DNA of 62,483 bases, filler included, from Choristocarpus tenellus KU-1152 (Eukaryota; Protista; Phaeophyceae): NCBI GenBank assembly GCA_964200185.2. It is 13 parts of 13 records of this genome, joined end to end, with 100 filler letters (N's around TTAATTAATTAA, not from the genome) between each part and the next. Parts side by side here need not be neighbours in the genome. Positions count along the whole stretch, not along the records: positions 51,583 to 55,045 come from CAXNAD020019865.1; positions 55,146 to 62,483 come from CAXNAD020006309.1; 11 more parts are not named here. One strand, written 5' to 3'. The translations under genes were made by a program, and so were the position numbers. This document shows positions 51,583-62,483 of this stretch, piece by piece (position 1 is the first letter of the stretch; every line of letters starts with the position of its first letter). Below the pieces are notes generated by a model, which was not told where the DNA came from, ran no database searches, and worked only from the letters and a program-made list of their open reading frames with translations.

Positions 51583-54500
51583 CTTCAACAGGAAACGATT
51601 CGTGAAACGATTGTGAAGTATCGCGTACCTTTCGTCGCAGATATCCATAATAATTCCCAGTCGGTGGTCCAGCATACCCCATCCCTCTCTTCCCCTCACT
51701 ATGTTCCACCAGAGACAAAAGAACTCGAGGAGATCCTTCTCGATGTGTGGAGAGAGCACAAGAAGCGCAACAGGTTGAGTGTAAGCGTGATACACCCGTA
51801 TCCACATTAGTACATCCAATGCCCCATCACCAATGGTCCAACAACACCGTAGTAACCCCTGCCTTCCAATACTGAGCTTGAATTGACATTTCATACATGT
51901 GTAATGCTATTGACCTTATGACATACGCCATTAACCAACAAACCCACTCCCACTCCCACGTTCTTCTGTCCTGATCATATTACCTTATTCTCCACACATC
52001 CAACGCGCACCTGACCAGGACAAATTCGACTTCAGAGCGGTTCACATGTTCACTGTGCTGTGGTACGCTAATCCGGACGCCGCCATCGAATCCTTCAAGA
52101 ACAGCGGGGGATTCACGCACACCTACAGGTTGAAGGTGGGATAAACATTCCCAACTATATTGTCCCCGCACGATGACGCCACACTTGACATAGGGCAGAC
52201 AGTAATGAAGAAGTTTGATGTGTTCTGTCGAACGGTAAAGCGACTAGTTTCCAAAGAGCCCCAAGCCCATAAGGTTCCGATGCGCTGCGCGCATTCCCTA
52301 GTATTCCTTCCCTGATAGAGCACTGCTTAACCCTAATTCCTCCAAACCTCAGAGTTCGTTCTCTAACGGTATCCTAACCACACACAACTCGCACATTTGA
52401 TGTACATGTAGCTCACGGACGAGGTCAAGGAGCAGTATTTCGCAAGAATGTGCACCGATGTCCTCGCTGGAGCCGGCTTAGCCATCCTTAGCGGGGAGAC
52501 TCCCCAAGGCCATCGCTGGCGCGACATTGTCAAGGTAGCTGCTCACGTCTTCTCAGAACAGGCTGCAATAAAATTGCCTACTGATGCGCTCTCATTGACG
52601 TATGTTGTTGGGACGGAGACATTTCTAGAGGAATGGGTAAGTCGACTCTGACTTACTCAATTGAAGTAACGTATGGATGTATATGCATATACCCCCACCT
52701 AGTTCGTATCTCGCGAGGCAGACGCCCATGTCATCCATGTTACTTACCATTCCACCACCATGTGATTCTCCATGGCAATTCTCCCACACTCTTAGGGGCG
52801 TCCGGAACAAATGGCCCCGGCCGACCAGGACAAAGGAAAGAAGAAGACAAGAGGAAAGGGGAAGAAGAATAGACCAGGAGTCGGCGATCCAGACACGGCG
52901 TCTGCCGCCCAGGCGGAGGAGGAGTGGGCGTCTCAACCCTGGAAGGTCCAGTTGGCATACATGAGACGCATGCACACGAAGAATGTCCACATCAAGGGGA
53001 CTGTCCTGGAGGTCGCCATCCAAGTTATGAACGACCTAAAGAGGAAAGACAAGCTCGGGATAGACGCCTACGCCGATGACTCACCAGGAGAGTCTTCAGT
53101 AGAGGGTCCTCCTACCAAAAAATACATCTTCATCGACAAGGTACTCAACTATTATTAGTTCATCATCTCATCTGTCCACCGTATTTCAGTTCGTGTCAAG
53201 CCAACTCACAATACACGCCCTGATCGTGCACATTATTCTAACCCATAAAATCCACAGGTGAAAAGAGACCTCGTGTTGAGGGAGGATGTGGAGGAGGGTA
53301 CAAAATACCTGGACATCATCAAATACTCTGAGGGCGTTACCCTAAACGCCAGTGACGAACACACAGGCAAGCAATTACATCATTGTACAACATCGCCACA
53401 GGTTAACATCCAAACATGGTTCCCTACACCAAACACACAACCTAGATTCTCACAGATCCTGCCGACGTTTGACAGTTTCACAACGAACATTGTCACAGGG
53501 TTCTCTGGTTCTTTCAAAGGGAGTGAAGTTGCTCGCCGAACACATTTTTTCGTACTTTTGCTGTGTTGTACAGATGGACAGAACCCGGCAAAAGGAGAGA
53601 AATTATGTCGCGGTTACATGCTAGTCCTGTACGCATTCTCTTCGCCCATGTTACCAGCCCTATTCGTCTTCCTGTTTTGTGGGCTTGAATAATCGGCACA
53701 CCTTTAAGAACCGCTAGTACTCTGGTCCATCCATCCTTTCCTCAGCCCTCACATCCTCTTCTGTATCCTGCCCCGCTTACTCCTTCGCACAAATCTCTAT
53801 CTCATCCCTTGACTCCTAACGCTAACACCTTCTCCCGTTGTTTTGAACCCCACTTCGCCACGACCTTTGCCCAATCCTCCACCATCGCAGAGATAACTAG
53901 AGTCACAACCATCATTATCACCCCAGATAAGAACGACATATCCGAGCATAACCTGGAGAAGTTCAGGTCCGAAACTAGTGCCTCTCACAAGAGAGAAGTC
54001 GCCCTTCTCCAGACCCGACCAGGAGGCATGGTAATCACATGCACTTCCCTCAGGAACAACCTGGATCCGGATCATATCAAAGTCCTCATAGACGAACTCT
54101 CCACCTTCAGCAATTTTACATTGGTGAAGACAACGTTAGCTGGTGGTGTGTCCACGCCTACACCTTGTGGAAGACCCAACCCACCAGATGATGAAGAGGA
54201 ACAAGATAGCCCATCGTCTAGCCCTGCAGTAGGGACGGGAAGCAGGACTCTACGAGGGGGGAGGCATACAATGACACCCTCGGAACACGACTCCAAAGGC
54301 GACGGGGGCCGACTCGTTTGCAACACTTTCTCATGTCCAGAGGAACTTCCACAGGAGGACGTAAGGGGGCGGCTAGGCAAGGACTTGGAGTACACGCCTG
54401 TCAGGAGTGACACAGGGATGCCCCCGAACACCCATTCAGTGGACAGCGGCGGAACAGAGTCACAAGTACCAGAGAACGTGTACGACCATAGTGTGAGGCC

Positions 54501-54971
54501 AAGTGAGAACCGCGTACATGCCAATAATACCACAATCGCGAGGGACAAGCCTTCCGAGAAGGGCAAAGGGAAGTGCAAAAGGACCCTGATTAGGAAAAAG
54601 AGGGTTAGAGAAGGCTCTGAAGACGATGTGGACCGACCCGATTGTGACGCCTTCACATGTCCAGAGAAACTTGCACAGGAGGACGCGAGGGGGTGGCTAG
54701 GCAAGGACTCGGAGTCCACGCCTATCCGGAGTGACACAGGGATGTCCCCGAACGCCCATTCGGTGGGCAGTGGCAGCGATGAGGCAAAAGTGCCAGGGAA
54801 CGTGTACGACCATAGTGACGAGGATTGCGTCACACGAGACGCGGCCGACTCTGGCGATGCATCCGATGTGGGGATCACCGAAGCCTTCATGGAGGCGTGC
54901 GTTACCGAGCTCCTACAATCGGCAACGAATTCCTGCTTCTTCACAGTATTGAGTGCAGACTCAAATCCTCA
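51583..54971 (+). pseudogene. Unknown multi-exon gene, probably decayed; exons about 52019-52273, 52412-52534, 52796-53140, 53258-53366, 53891-54971, plus an upstream exon 51583-51773 with a phase conflict
   Basis: Phase-compatible short introns (one GC-AG), an in-frame TAA at about 52142, and a MITE-B cutting the 3' end; no family recognised. Confidence 0.5.
54319..54816 (+). repeat. Internal coding duplication of 174 bp (54319-54492 and 54643-54816)
   Basis: CNTFSCPEELPQEDVRGRLGKD..VYDHS versus CDAFTCPEKLAQEDARGWLGKD..VYDHS. Confidence 0.9.
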
Positions 54972-55759
54972 GGCTCAAGTACCTGGGGGGGGTGGCGGCT
55001 GTCCATTTGGGGTCAATTTTTTCATGTCGCGATTTGTGGGTTATTNNNNNNNNNNNNNNNNNNNNNNNNNNNNNNNNNNNNNNNNNNNNTTAATTAATTA
55101 ANNNNNNNNNNNNNNNNNNNNNNNNNNNNNNNNNNNNNNNNNNNNGAAAAAATTGACCCCAAATGGACAGCCACCACCCCCTCCCAGATACTTTGAGTCA
55201 GATTGATTTACTTCATGCACTTTGCCAAGCAGTGATAAAGTCTATTTTTGAGGGAAATTCATTTGATGACAGCACTCTTGGGGCAAACTGATTGGGACGC
55301 CATTTCTTGGAATGTTGCCTGCAAAATGCTTTTGAGCTGAGTAGAGACTGCAAGATCACAACTTCTGTAACTATAGCAGAAGTGATAGTGCTAGTCTGAA
55401 GCTTTTGCTGAGGATTGTGCAACCTTCCTCCTCCTCCGAGGTCCCTAGAACATCTCTTTTGTTTTGAGGGGGGTGCCCAAAAGGTCATAACCCCAACCTT
55501 AGCCCACCTCAATTGTCTGCCTCTAACCTCAATAGTGGCTATGCTTCTTGGCATTTTTCAAGCCTCCCCATGAGATGAGGGTGTCCTCCACAGCCTCTTA
55601 CCTAGTATAAATCTGTTCCTAGGTGATTATTATCCCATCAATGATTCCCTTGATGATTTCCTCCACACATCAGGGAAGCTTATAAACGTGCAAGACTGGT
55701 GCTACTACGATATGGTCTCCCCATACTTCCTATGTCCTTTTGCCCATGCAGCCACCCAC

Positions 55760-58700
55760 CGTGTGTTGTTGTATGGGTTGTACATTGTGGCACAGGTACA
55801 TTCGCCATCCGATTTGTCGCATGTCCCGTGGGGATAGGAGCAGTTGTTGAGGCACTCCAAGTACTGGCACTGGTCCCCGTAATAACCTGGGTTGCACATG
55901 CAACGAGAGACAGGAAATTCTACGGAGCACCAGCCATTGAATGAGCAATTGCCCGGACAATCCTGAAGGGAGAGTGGTTGGTTGTGTTTGTTTCAGGGTG
56001 TGTGTACCCGAAGCGGGTTGTTATTCTCAGGCATTATTTTTGCCACAGTCTGCCGTTGTGGGGGAGGGGGAAGAGCTGAATCCAATTTTGATCTCAACTT
56101 CACAGCTCTAAGGCTGCAGTAGGGAGCAAGAGCTGTAGTGGCATCAACGAGTGAAGCCTGCTGCGAAAGTGCTCCTTGTGCTATCAACTGTGACTAAGTT
56201 TGGTGCTGAGACCCTTTCTTCCTTCACACAATGATGACAACAAGAGGTTTGACCGGTGGTGGCACCTAATTAGTATAAACTGTCTTTGAAGCGTATGTGT
56301 AGATACAGATAGTGGTTGAAAAGCAGGAAAATGCTTCATCATGTCATCCATACCAATCAAGGCCACTCGGTGAGGTAGGTGTAAGCACAGCAAACGAAAT
56401 TTGATACTGGCATTCTCATACAACCTTCCTCCCCTGTGATCCTCAACAAAAAAACGATGCCAAAACCTGTTATTTCAATCCAGACAGAGTGAATGTAAAC
56501 GAGAGGTAGCCAAAGTTGCATTTTGAGGATTCTGACACATATGTATAAAATTCGGTTCTTTTTTTACAATGCGAATAGGAAACTTTCTGAATCGTGCTGA
56601 TAAGTGTCTCAAACAATAGAGAAATCAATGCTCTCACTTCAAACTCAACACTTCATCCATAGAAATATGCGTGAATTGCAAAAGATTGAGCAGTTGTCTT
56701 AAAACGAAAAACGGCTAAACCTGGGTACCTCTCGTTTACTTAGCTGTAGCTAAGTTCTACCTCCAATCTTCTAGTGCTACACAGTTGGTGGTCACCTTTA
56801 TTGAGCAATCATCGCCAATAAAGGGTGGGGCGCACTGGCAGGTGCCAAATCCGTCACATATGCCGTGACTCTCTCCTGGGTTATCCTTTGAGCAAGGGAC
56901 TCGGTACACATCAGTGGTAACATAGACGTCTGAGTCCTTGTGAGACCATCCTGCCTATGAAGGAAGTGCCGAAGGGGAGAAAAGGCGTTGGGCTTTGTCT
57001 AGGCAAGTTGTTTTCGTTGTTTGGTGGATGGGAATCAACTCAACTAAGTTGTCACAGGGGCTAAGATCAAATGAGATGATAAAATACGTTGTGACTAAAT
57101 CTGTGGGTAGTTTGTGCACTGGAAGTCTTTTTATTGCCATTGGCATAGGTCTGCATATTTGCTCCAAGAAGCATGAAAATCCCTCCCTTATCGTTTCATC
57201 TATGAAAACAAACTGTGAACAGGCTGATGGTGTTTTCAGACTCCAAAAGTATATAATATATATTGTGGGTTTTTCTGATGCAGAAAGGAAGGGAAGATGC
57301 AACTGATGGCAGAGCGTTCAACCACCAAAAGTGAACATGGTGAGATGCATTTCAAGAGGATGGATGAAAGACAAGCGAAAGGATAAAGTCGTGGCTCTAC
57401 TGGTCTGCTTTGTGTGCAGCTAGGTTTGTTATTATAGATGTTATTATCGATGTTGTGAAGCCTCAATATCGAATACGAAAGCAGGTAAAGCCTCCCTCCA
57501 CCATATACTAGTGCTCGGCAAAAGTGTCATAGAACAGGCCCAACCATGGAGGCTCCAATACTCTCTGGGGCGTAGCATACAGCAGAACACCTCAAAGGGC
57601 ACAGCTACTTTGTTTCAGTACATTTCGTCCTGCCTGCAGCCCTACTCATTCCGCGTGTCCCTGCCCCCCTCCAGTTCCTCCCTGATGTCTTTGCTTCCCT
57701 CACATGCCAGTCTGCTTGATTTCAACACTACTTGTCGCTACATCTCTTTTCCTCACTCGGCTTCACATCTCACCTGGCAGCAGTGTGAGCAGACCTGGGT
57801 GTGAGTGTTCCCATCATAATAGCAGTAGTCCCCTGGGCAGGAAGAGTTCGAGCAGTCCATCCCATAGAAGCCGTCATGGCAAAGGCAATAACCATACAGG
57901 CAATCCCCATGCAAAGAGCAGTTTGAGGGACAGCCCAATGAGCCCAGAGTCCTTTAAAAAAAAAAGAAGAGGGATAGAGGAGCGAGTGTCAGCAATCTGC
58001 AAGTGCTGGGAGAGGCTTGCAGGTGAGGCTGATGAGGAATAGCTTATAGGTGAGTGTTTTGTTTGGGGTGGGGGCATGGGAAAAAAAAGAATAGCTTCCA
58101 TTGGTGTGTGCTGCATCATGCACGCACACACACAAGCAGACATACACATAAATATTCCACTACAAGGTGCACTGAAAGCTTGCTGCTCCTTAGTTGTTAA
58201 AATTGATTGTTTCCTAGAATATGAAGGGGGGCAGAGATTTTTTTTTCTGTGACACATGCGCAAACCTTAGGTGGAAGCTCAAGGTTTGATGATGTTAACA
58301 GCTACATGGGTAGAACTCAAGAGCTTCAGCACTAATTTATGTGGTTGAGGGGTCTTCTAGTGCAGGGAATGGTACCATCAAAGCGAACGCACTGGGCATC
58401 AGTACACGCCTACCAGAACTCCTCCAGCACAGTTGTCTCTGTAGTGACGCTGATGGAGGGTACCTTCCAGTCACTGTATCCTTGACCCCCATACATGAGA
58501 ACCATCTTGTGTGTACGGGAATACACAGCCTGCTCTCTTGTGGGTCGGAGGAGAAGTAAAGAGGAAGTGTAAAACGAAACAAACTCTTCTCAATATTATC
58601 AATGTGGAGCCAAATGATGAAGCATGGGGCCTAGACAGTCAGTGCAGAACAACATTTTTGTTTGTGTACTATGGCAGTAGTACTCTGAGGTTCTTGGTGG

Positions 58701-60400
58701 CACTTGACAGAGTTGCATGGCATCAATTAACATTCCTGGTATGGGCGAAGGTGATTATGTATGTCTCATGGCTCTTTGTCCATCAGTAGTGGGTAGTGGC
58801 GTGAATTCTTGGTGTTCGGCTTTTTCTCAGCCTCGTTTTTCCCTAAGGGGTCACATAATGGCTCGAGCCTGCAGCACCAAGGCATTTCACAGAGTGAGTG
58901 TTCTTGGCCTCCACGATCATTACAATCAAAGGGACTGAGGTAATGTATCCAAATCCTGACGCAGTGTACTTAAGTCCATTCTCCGAGAATTGATAGACAA
59001 GACTCCAGAGCAAGTTCATGTGGGGATGGGGCTAACAAGAATGGGCACATCCCATTTCATTGTGTGAGTCACAAACTGGATCGCAAAACACAAATGAGTG
59101 CTCTCTCTATGTAAAAAAACTTTTGATCTGTTGCTCCAAGTATCTGGGGGGGGGAGGGAGATCTACACCAGGGTGTCCATTTGGGACCTGATCAGGAGAA
59201 GTGCACTTACATTATCCATTCGACACATGCAACCAAATCACACAAAAATTGTAACATGGAAAAAAGTGCCCCGAATGGACAGTCACCACACACCCCAGAT
59301 ACTTTGAGCCTGTAAGTATGGAGCTTGCACAACCATATTACTCTGCACAGTTGGTTGTGGCAAGCACACCCACCTCTACACTGCACCAACCCTGACATAG
59401 CTCTACACCCCACGGAAGAATCATACCGGTGATACTTAAGCATCTCTCCCTCAAGCATGATAATGGCAGTTACAACAAGAAATTTCCAAGAACGTAGTCA
59501 TGGGCTTGGCAACTACTAGGCCAAGGAGAGATGGCTTGGCAAATGCATCCCAATCAGAGTACATCCCCACCTTCACCTGAACATTCAATGTCTACAATCA
59601 AGTCCGAGGATTGCACCTTAGCGTCAGATCGATGCCCAGGGTGTTCCCACATTAGACCATCCTCAATATCCACTTTTCCATCAGCTCGATCTCTGCATCC
59701 ATCCCAACCAGGTGCCTGCCTTCGAGGCTGCTGAATAAATATGGGGGAATCAGATCGACCATACTCGCCGTCCAGTATGGTGTCCCTAGCAGAAGATCAA
59801 GGTCAAGGATGAATTGGTTCCCTCAACATTGAAGATTGGTGGATCGATGTCAATATCCTTCACCTTTGAATGCAAAAAAACTTTATCCAGAGCACAAATT
59901 GCTGACTGTCTTTTGAGATTCCAGAACGAGAACCAATGCGAGCGACTAAAGTAGCGAGAGCCTGCAATATACGTTTGCAAATTGATCCACAATCGGTACT
60001 ACTTCAAGCAAGCTACCTGGAAAACTGTACCATGGGTAGGTGGGTGGGTACAGATATCGCCAAATTTTCCATCCTTGAATTTGCTCAGTATCTTCCACCC
60101 ATGATAGAGGAACTAACTTCTACCCTTGAGCTTAGCAGCAAGCGCTCTCTTTCCTGTCAAGTAACCCCTTCGTCCCCACTGCCTCATAGATCACCCACAA
60201 GCACGGTTTTTTGAACTGGCTCTTTTTGCATCTTCCACTCTTTCACCTGGTGGGTTCGCCAGAGACACTGGTGCACCATTCGTAGAGGGTCGCATTGTGA
60301 GAGGTGTTGTACTCAAATATGAAGGGTCGGACATACTGGCGGGGTGCAGTGGCCATTCGGGGAGGCATTGCCTCACCCTCAGTCACTGCAGACTTGAACC
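55760..60400 (-). CDS. Kelch/beta-propeller plus tenascin-type EGF-repeat protein, internal exons 60400-60247, 59785-59617, 58529-58414, 57951-57774, 56954-56796, 55962-55760
   Basis: All six exons splice in frame. HRSDAK|AVY..MVLMYGG...EEFW is Kelch-like; [39 protein letters not shown]|[12 protein letters not shown] and [12 protein letters not shown] are EGF repeats. Confidence 0.87.
59132..59310 (+). mobile_element. MITE family B, full-length
   Basis: TIRs present; TSD TGT/TGT. Confidence 0.88.
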
Positions 60401-60446
60401 CTGCAATCCTCTCTCTGTTGTGGTAGTGAATGATTGGGGGGGAAGT

Positions 60447-60480
<34 letters not shown>

Positions 60481-61262
60481 GTTGTTGGGATTAAGATGCC
60501 CATCTAGCTCTGTAGGAACAATGCTATGTGCTTGTGTGTTGTTCAAGGGAGAAGCAGGTTGTTGCTGTGTGAACTGGCAGAGGTAGGTTCACATGCAGAT
60601 GCTTTCAAGTAAGTGTGTTGAGGGTATGTTATTGTAGGGATTGTCTTACGGGCGGTGAGAATGCATGCGCTCTTTAGGCAGTGGCATAGTGGTATCCAGC
60701 ATGGTCAACATGGGTAACTGTTGGCTAGAGACTTCTGTCCTTCATTCGTAACTGCCGCAGAAAGATGAGCAAGGAGGAAGAAGACGTGTGCACTCCACAG
60801 ACTACAGGTACTGCAAAACTGTAATGCCACTATCTATGTCAGTGCTAAGCTGCGTTGAGGTTTTTGAAATATTGTCATTGGAGTAGGTGCTAATTTTATG
60901 TACAAGGAGTCTACCGATCAATCTACATATATAACACACGTTGAGCTGTGCGTATCTCAATCGAAGAGGCTTGTCTGACACCTGTTTTGTGTTGAACTTC
61001 CTGCTCTCATTGGAATGCCACACATGGTACTATCTTGCTTGGCAGCCTGTATACATTGTGTTGTATTTGAGACCTAGGGCCTCTATCGGTGGATGGTACC
61101 ACCACTGTAGTACAGCACAATAGGCTTGACCTCTTTTGAATCGTGGCAGTAATACTCCAGGGATACAAATAAATCAAAGGAAGAGATCAAAATGCGAACA
61201 ATCAGAGAATGTCGTTGAGGTATTGAGACTTCACAGGCAACTCGTTTCCTGTGTGCAACAGA

Positions 61263-61446
61263 GGCCCAAAGTATTTTTTTTAGGGGGGGAGGGGGGTCTA
61301 CACCAGAGTGTCCATTTGGGTCCTGACCAGGAAAAGGGCACTTACACTATCCATCCGATGCATGCAACTCAATCACACAAACATTGCGACATGTAAAAAT
61401 GGGCCCAAAATGGACAGCTGCTGCCCCCCCCAGGATACTTTGAGCC
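61263..61446 (+). mobile_element. MITE family B, full-length
   Basis: TIRs present; TSD AGA/AGA. Confidence 0.85.
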
Positions 61447-62483
61447 AGAGTGCCAGTGCCGTATTCTGAATGGGATTTATGTAGATGACATATTGAGTAG
61501 AAACTATTTCTTGGTAAGAATCTAAGAATTATATATAGAATCTATGGCATTAACGCTTTTTGGTAGAGCTGTTTGAGTGGATCACGCCCCAATGCAGTAG
61601 GACTAGCAAATTCTGACCCCAGTCCTGATGCCGGTGTACTAGGATATCATTAGTACTCTAAGTTGAAAAAAAATAGAATAGTTGGAACCGTGCCTTCATT
61701 GTGGACATCATAGCTTGGTGGACACTGTGAGGATGCATCTAATGCCTCTACCACCGTAGCACTTTTGAAAATTTTCTTTCTCTCTAACGTTCTCAAGACA
61801 GAGCACATGCCTTTTCACTCTGAAGCATTCAGAGGAGTTGGTTTCTTATCATCCTCTGGATCAGATCTAGCGACTGCCAGACCTCAGCTTCTGACTTGTA
61901 CTTTGAAGTACTAGGTGGTTAGTGTCATTAGTACGGGCCTCGTGGTCGAGGACAGGATTGCGAGAAAGATGGAGGGGGAGACCTTGCAGAGAGATCTTTA
62001 CGTATTCAATATGCAGGGCTAGGACTACCACATTGTCGGACTCCTAAACTATCTTCTGTCATAGGAGGAAGGAAATGATACCAAATCAGCAGATTCCAGA
62101 AATGGTGGCACTTGTCCCTCTAACAGCAACCACTTCGTCATCTTAGTTCCACTGGGGTATTCCATAGCACTCCAAAACTCTTTTGTATGTTCAAATTTCC
62201 ACGATGGAAGGCGACCTTTGATTTATGCAAGTAATCAGCCCCAAGGTGTGAGTGCCAAAAGCAGAAAATATTAGGGTTGGCCCAAGTCAGAAAATTCAAT
62301 CCTTCAGGTTTCTGTACTTCGAAGGTCGAAAAAAGCTTCCTCGACACAATGCCAATTTAATCACACCCATCCGTGCCCACCTCAAACCATTTGCACCCTG
62401 CTCCATCACCCCAAAGTATGGACCAAATTTTTGGTCGGGGTAGTAGTGGTCCTGCTGTGAGAATGGAAGGATGTCCCAGGGGG

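Noticed and set aside
54072-54944. 290-aa antisense ORF
   Set aside because: It is a shadow of the plus-strand low-complexity exon and has no independent support.
5146-55145. Recurrent TTAATTAATTAA motif as a biological repeat or array
   Set aside because: It is always centred in exactly 88 Ns, so it is an artificial linker. Gene neighbourhoods across it are meaningless.

Overview
This window is not one locus. It is about 13 short eukaryotic contigs joined by an artificial 100-bp linker (44 N + TTAATTAATTAA + 44 N). The intron-rich GT-AG genes, CCCTAA/TTAGGG motifs and protein types suggest a stramenopile, probably a brown alga or close relative (inference). Spliced host gene fragments recognised by hand: a DHHC palmitoyltransferase, a coiled-coil protein, LUC7-like, ARMC6-like, IQCH-like, a Ctr copper-transporter N-terminus, a Kelch+EGF protein and a TPR-like last exon. 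Mobile DNA is abundant: a decayed, intron-containing PIF/Harbinger-type transposase; a pogo/Tigger-like remnant; two MITE families (A, about 255 bp; B, about 185 bp) that share a terminal and subterminal motif; and a third repeat family (C). The most notable observations are: (i) a spliced, decayed ParB/Srx-like gene behind a 270-bp tandem repeat; (ii) MITE-A copies with either 3-bp or 4-bp target-site duplications and an unstable internal hairpin; (iii) a triplicated 3' splice site in the LUC7-like gene whose two upstream copies would create premature stops. All protein family calls are from motif recognition by eye, not database searches.
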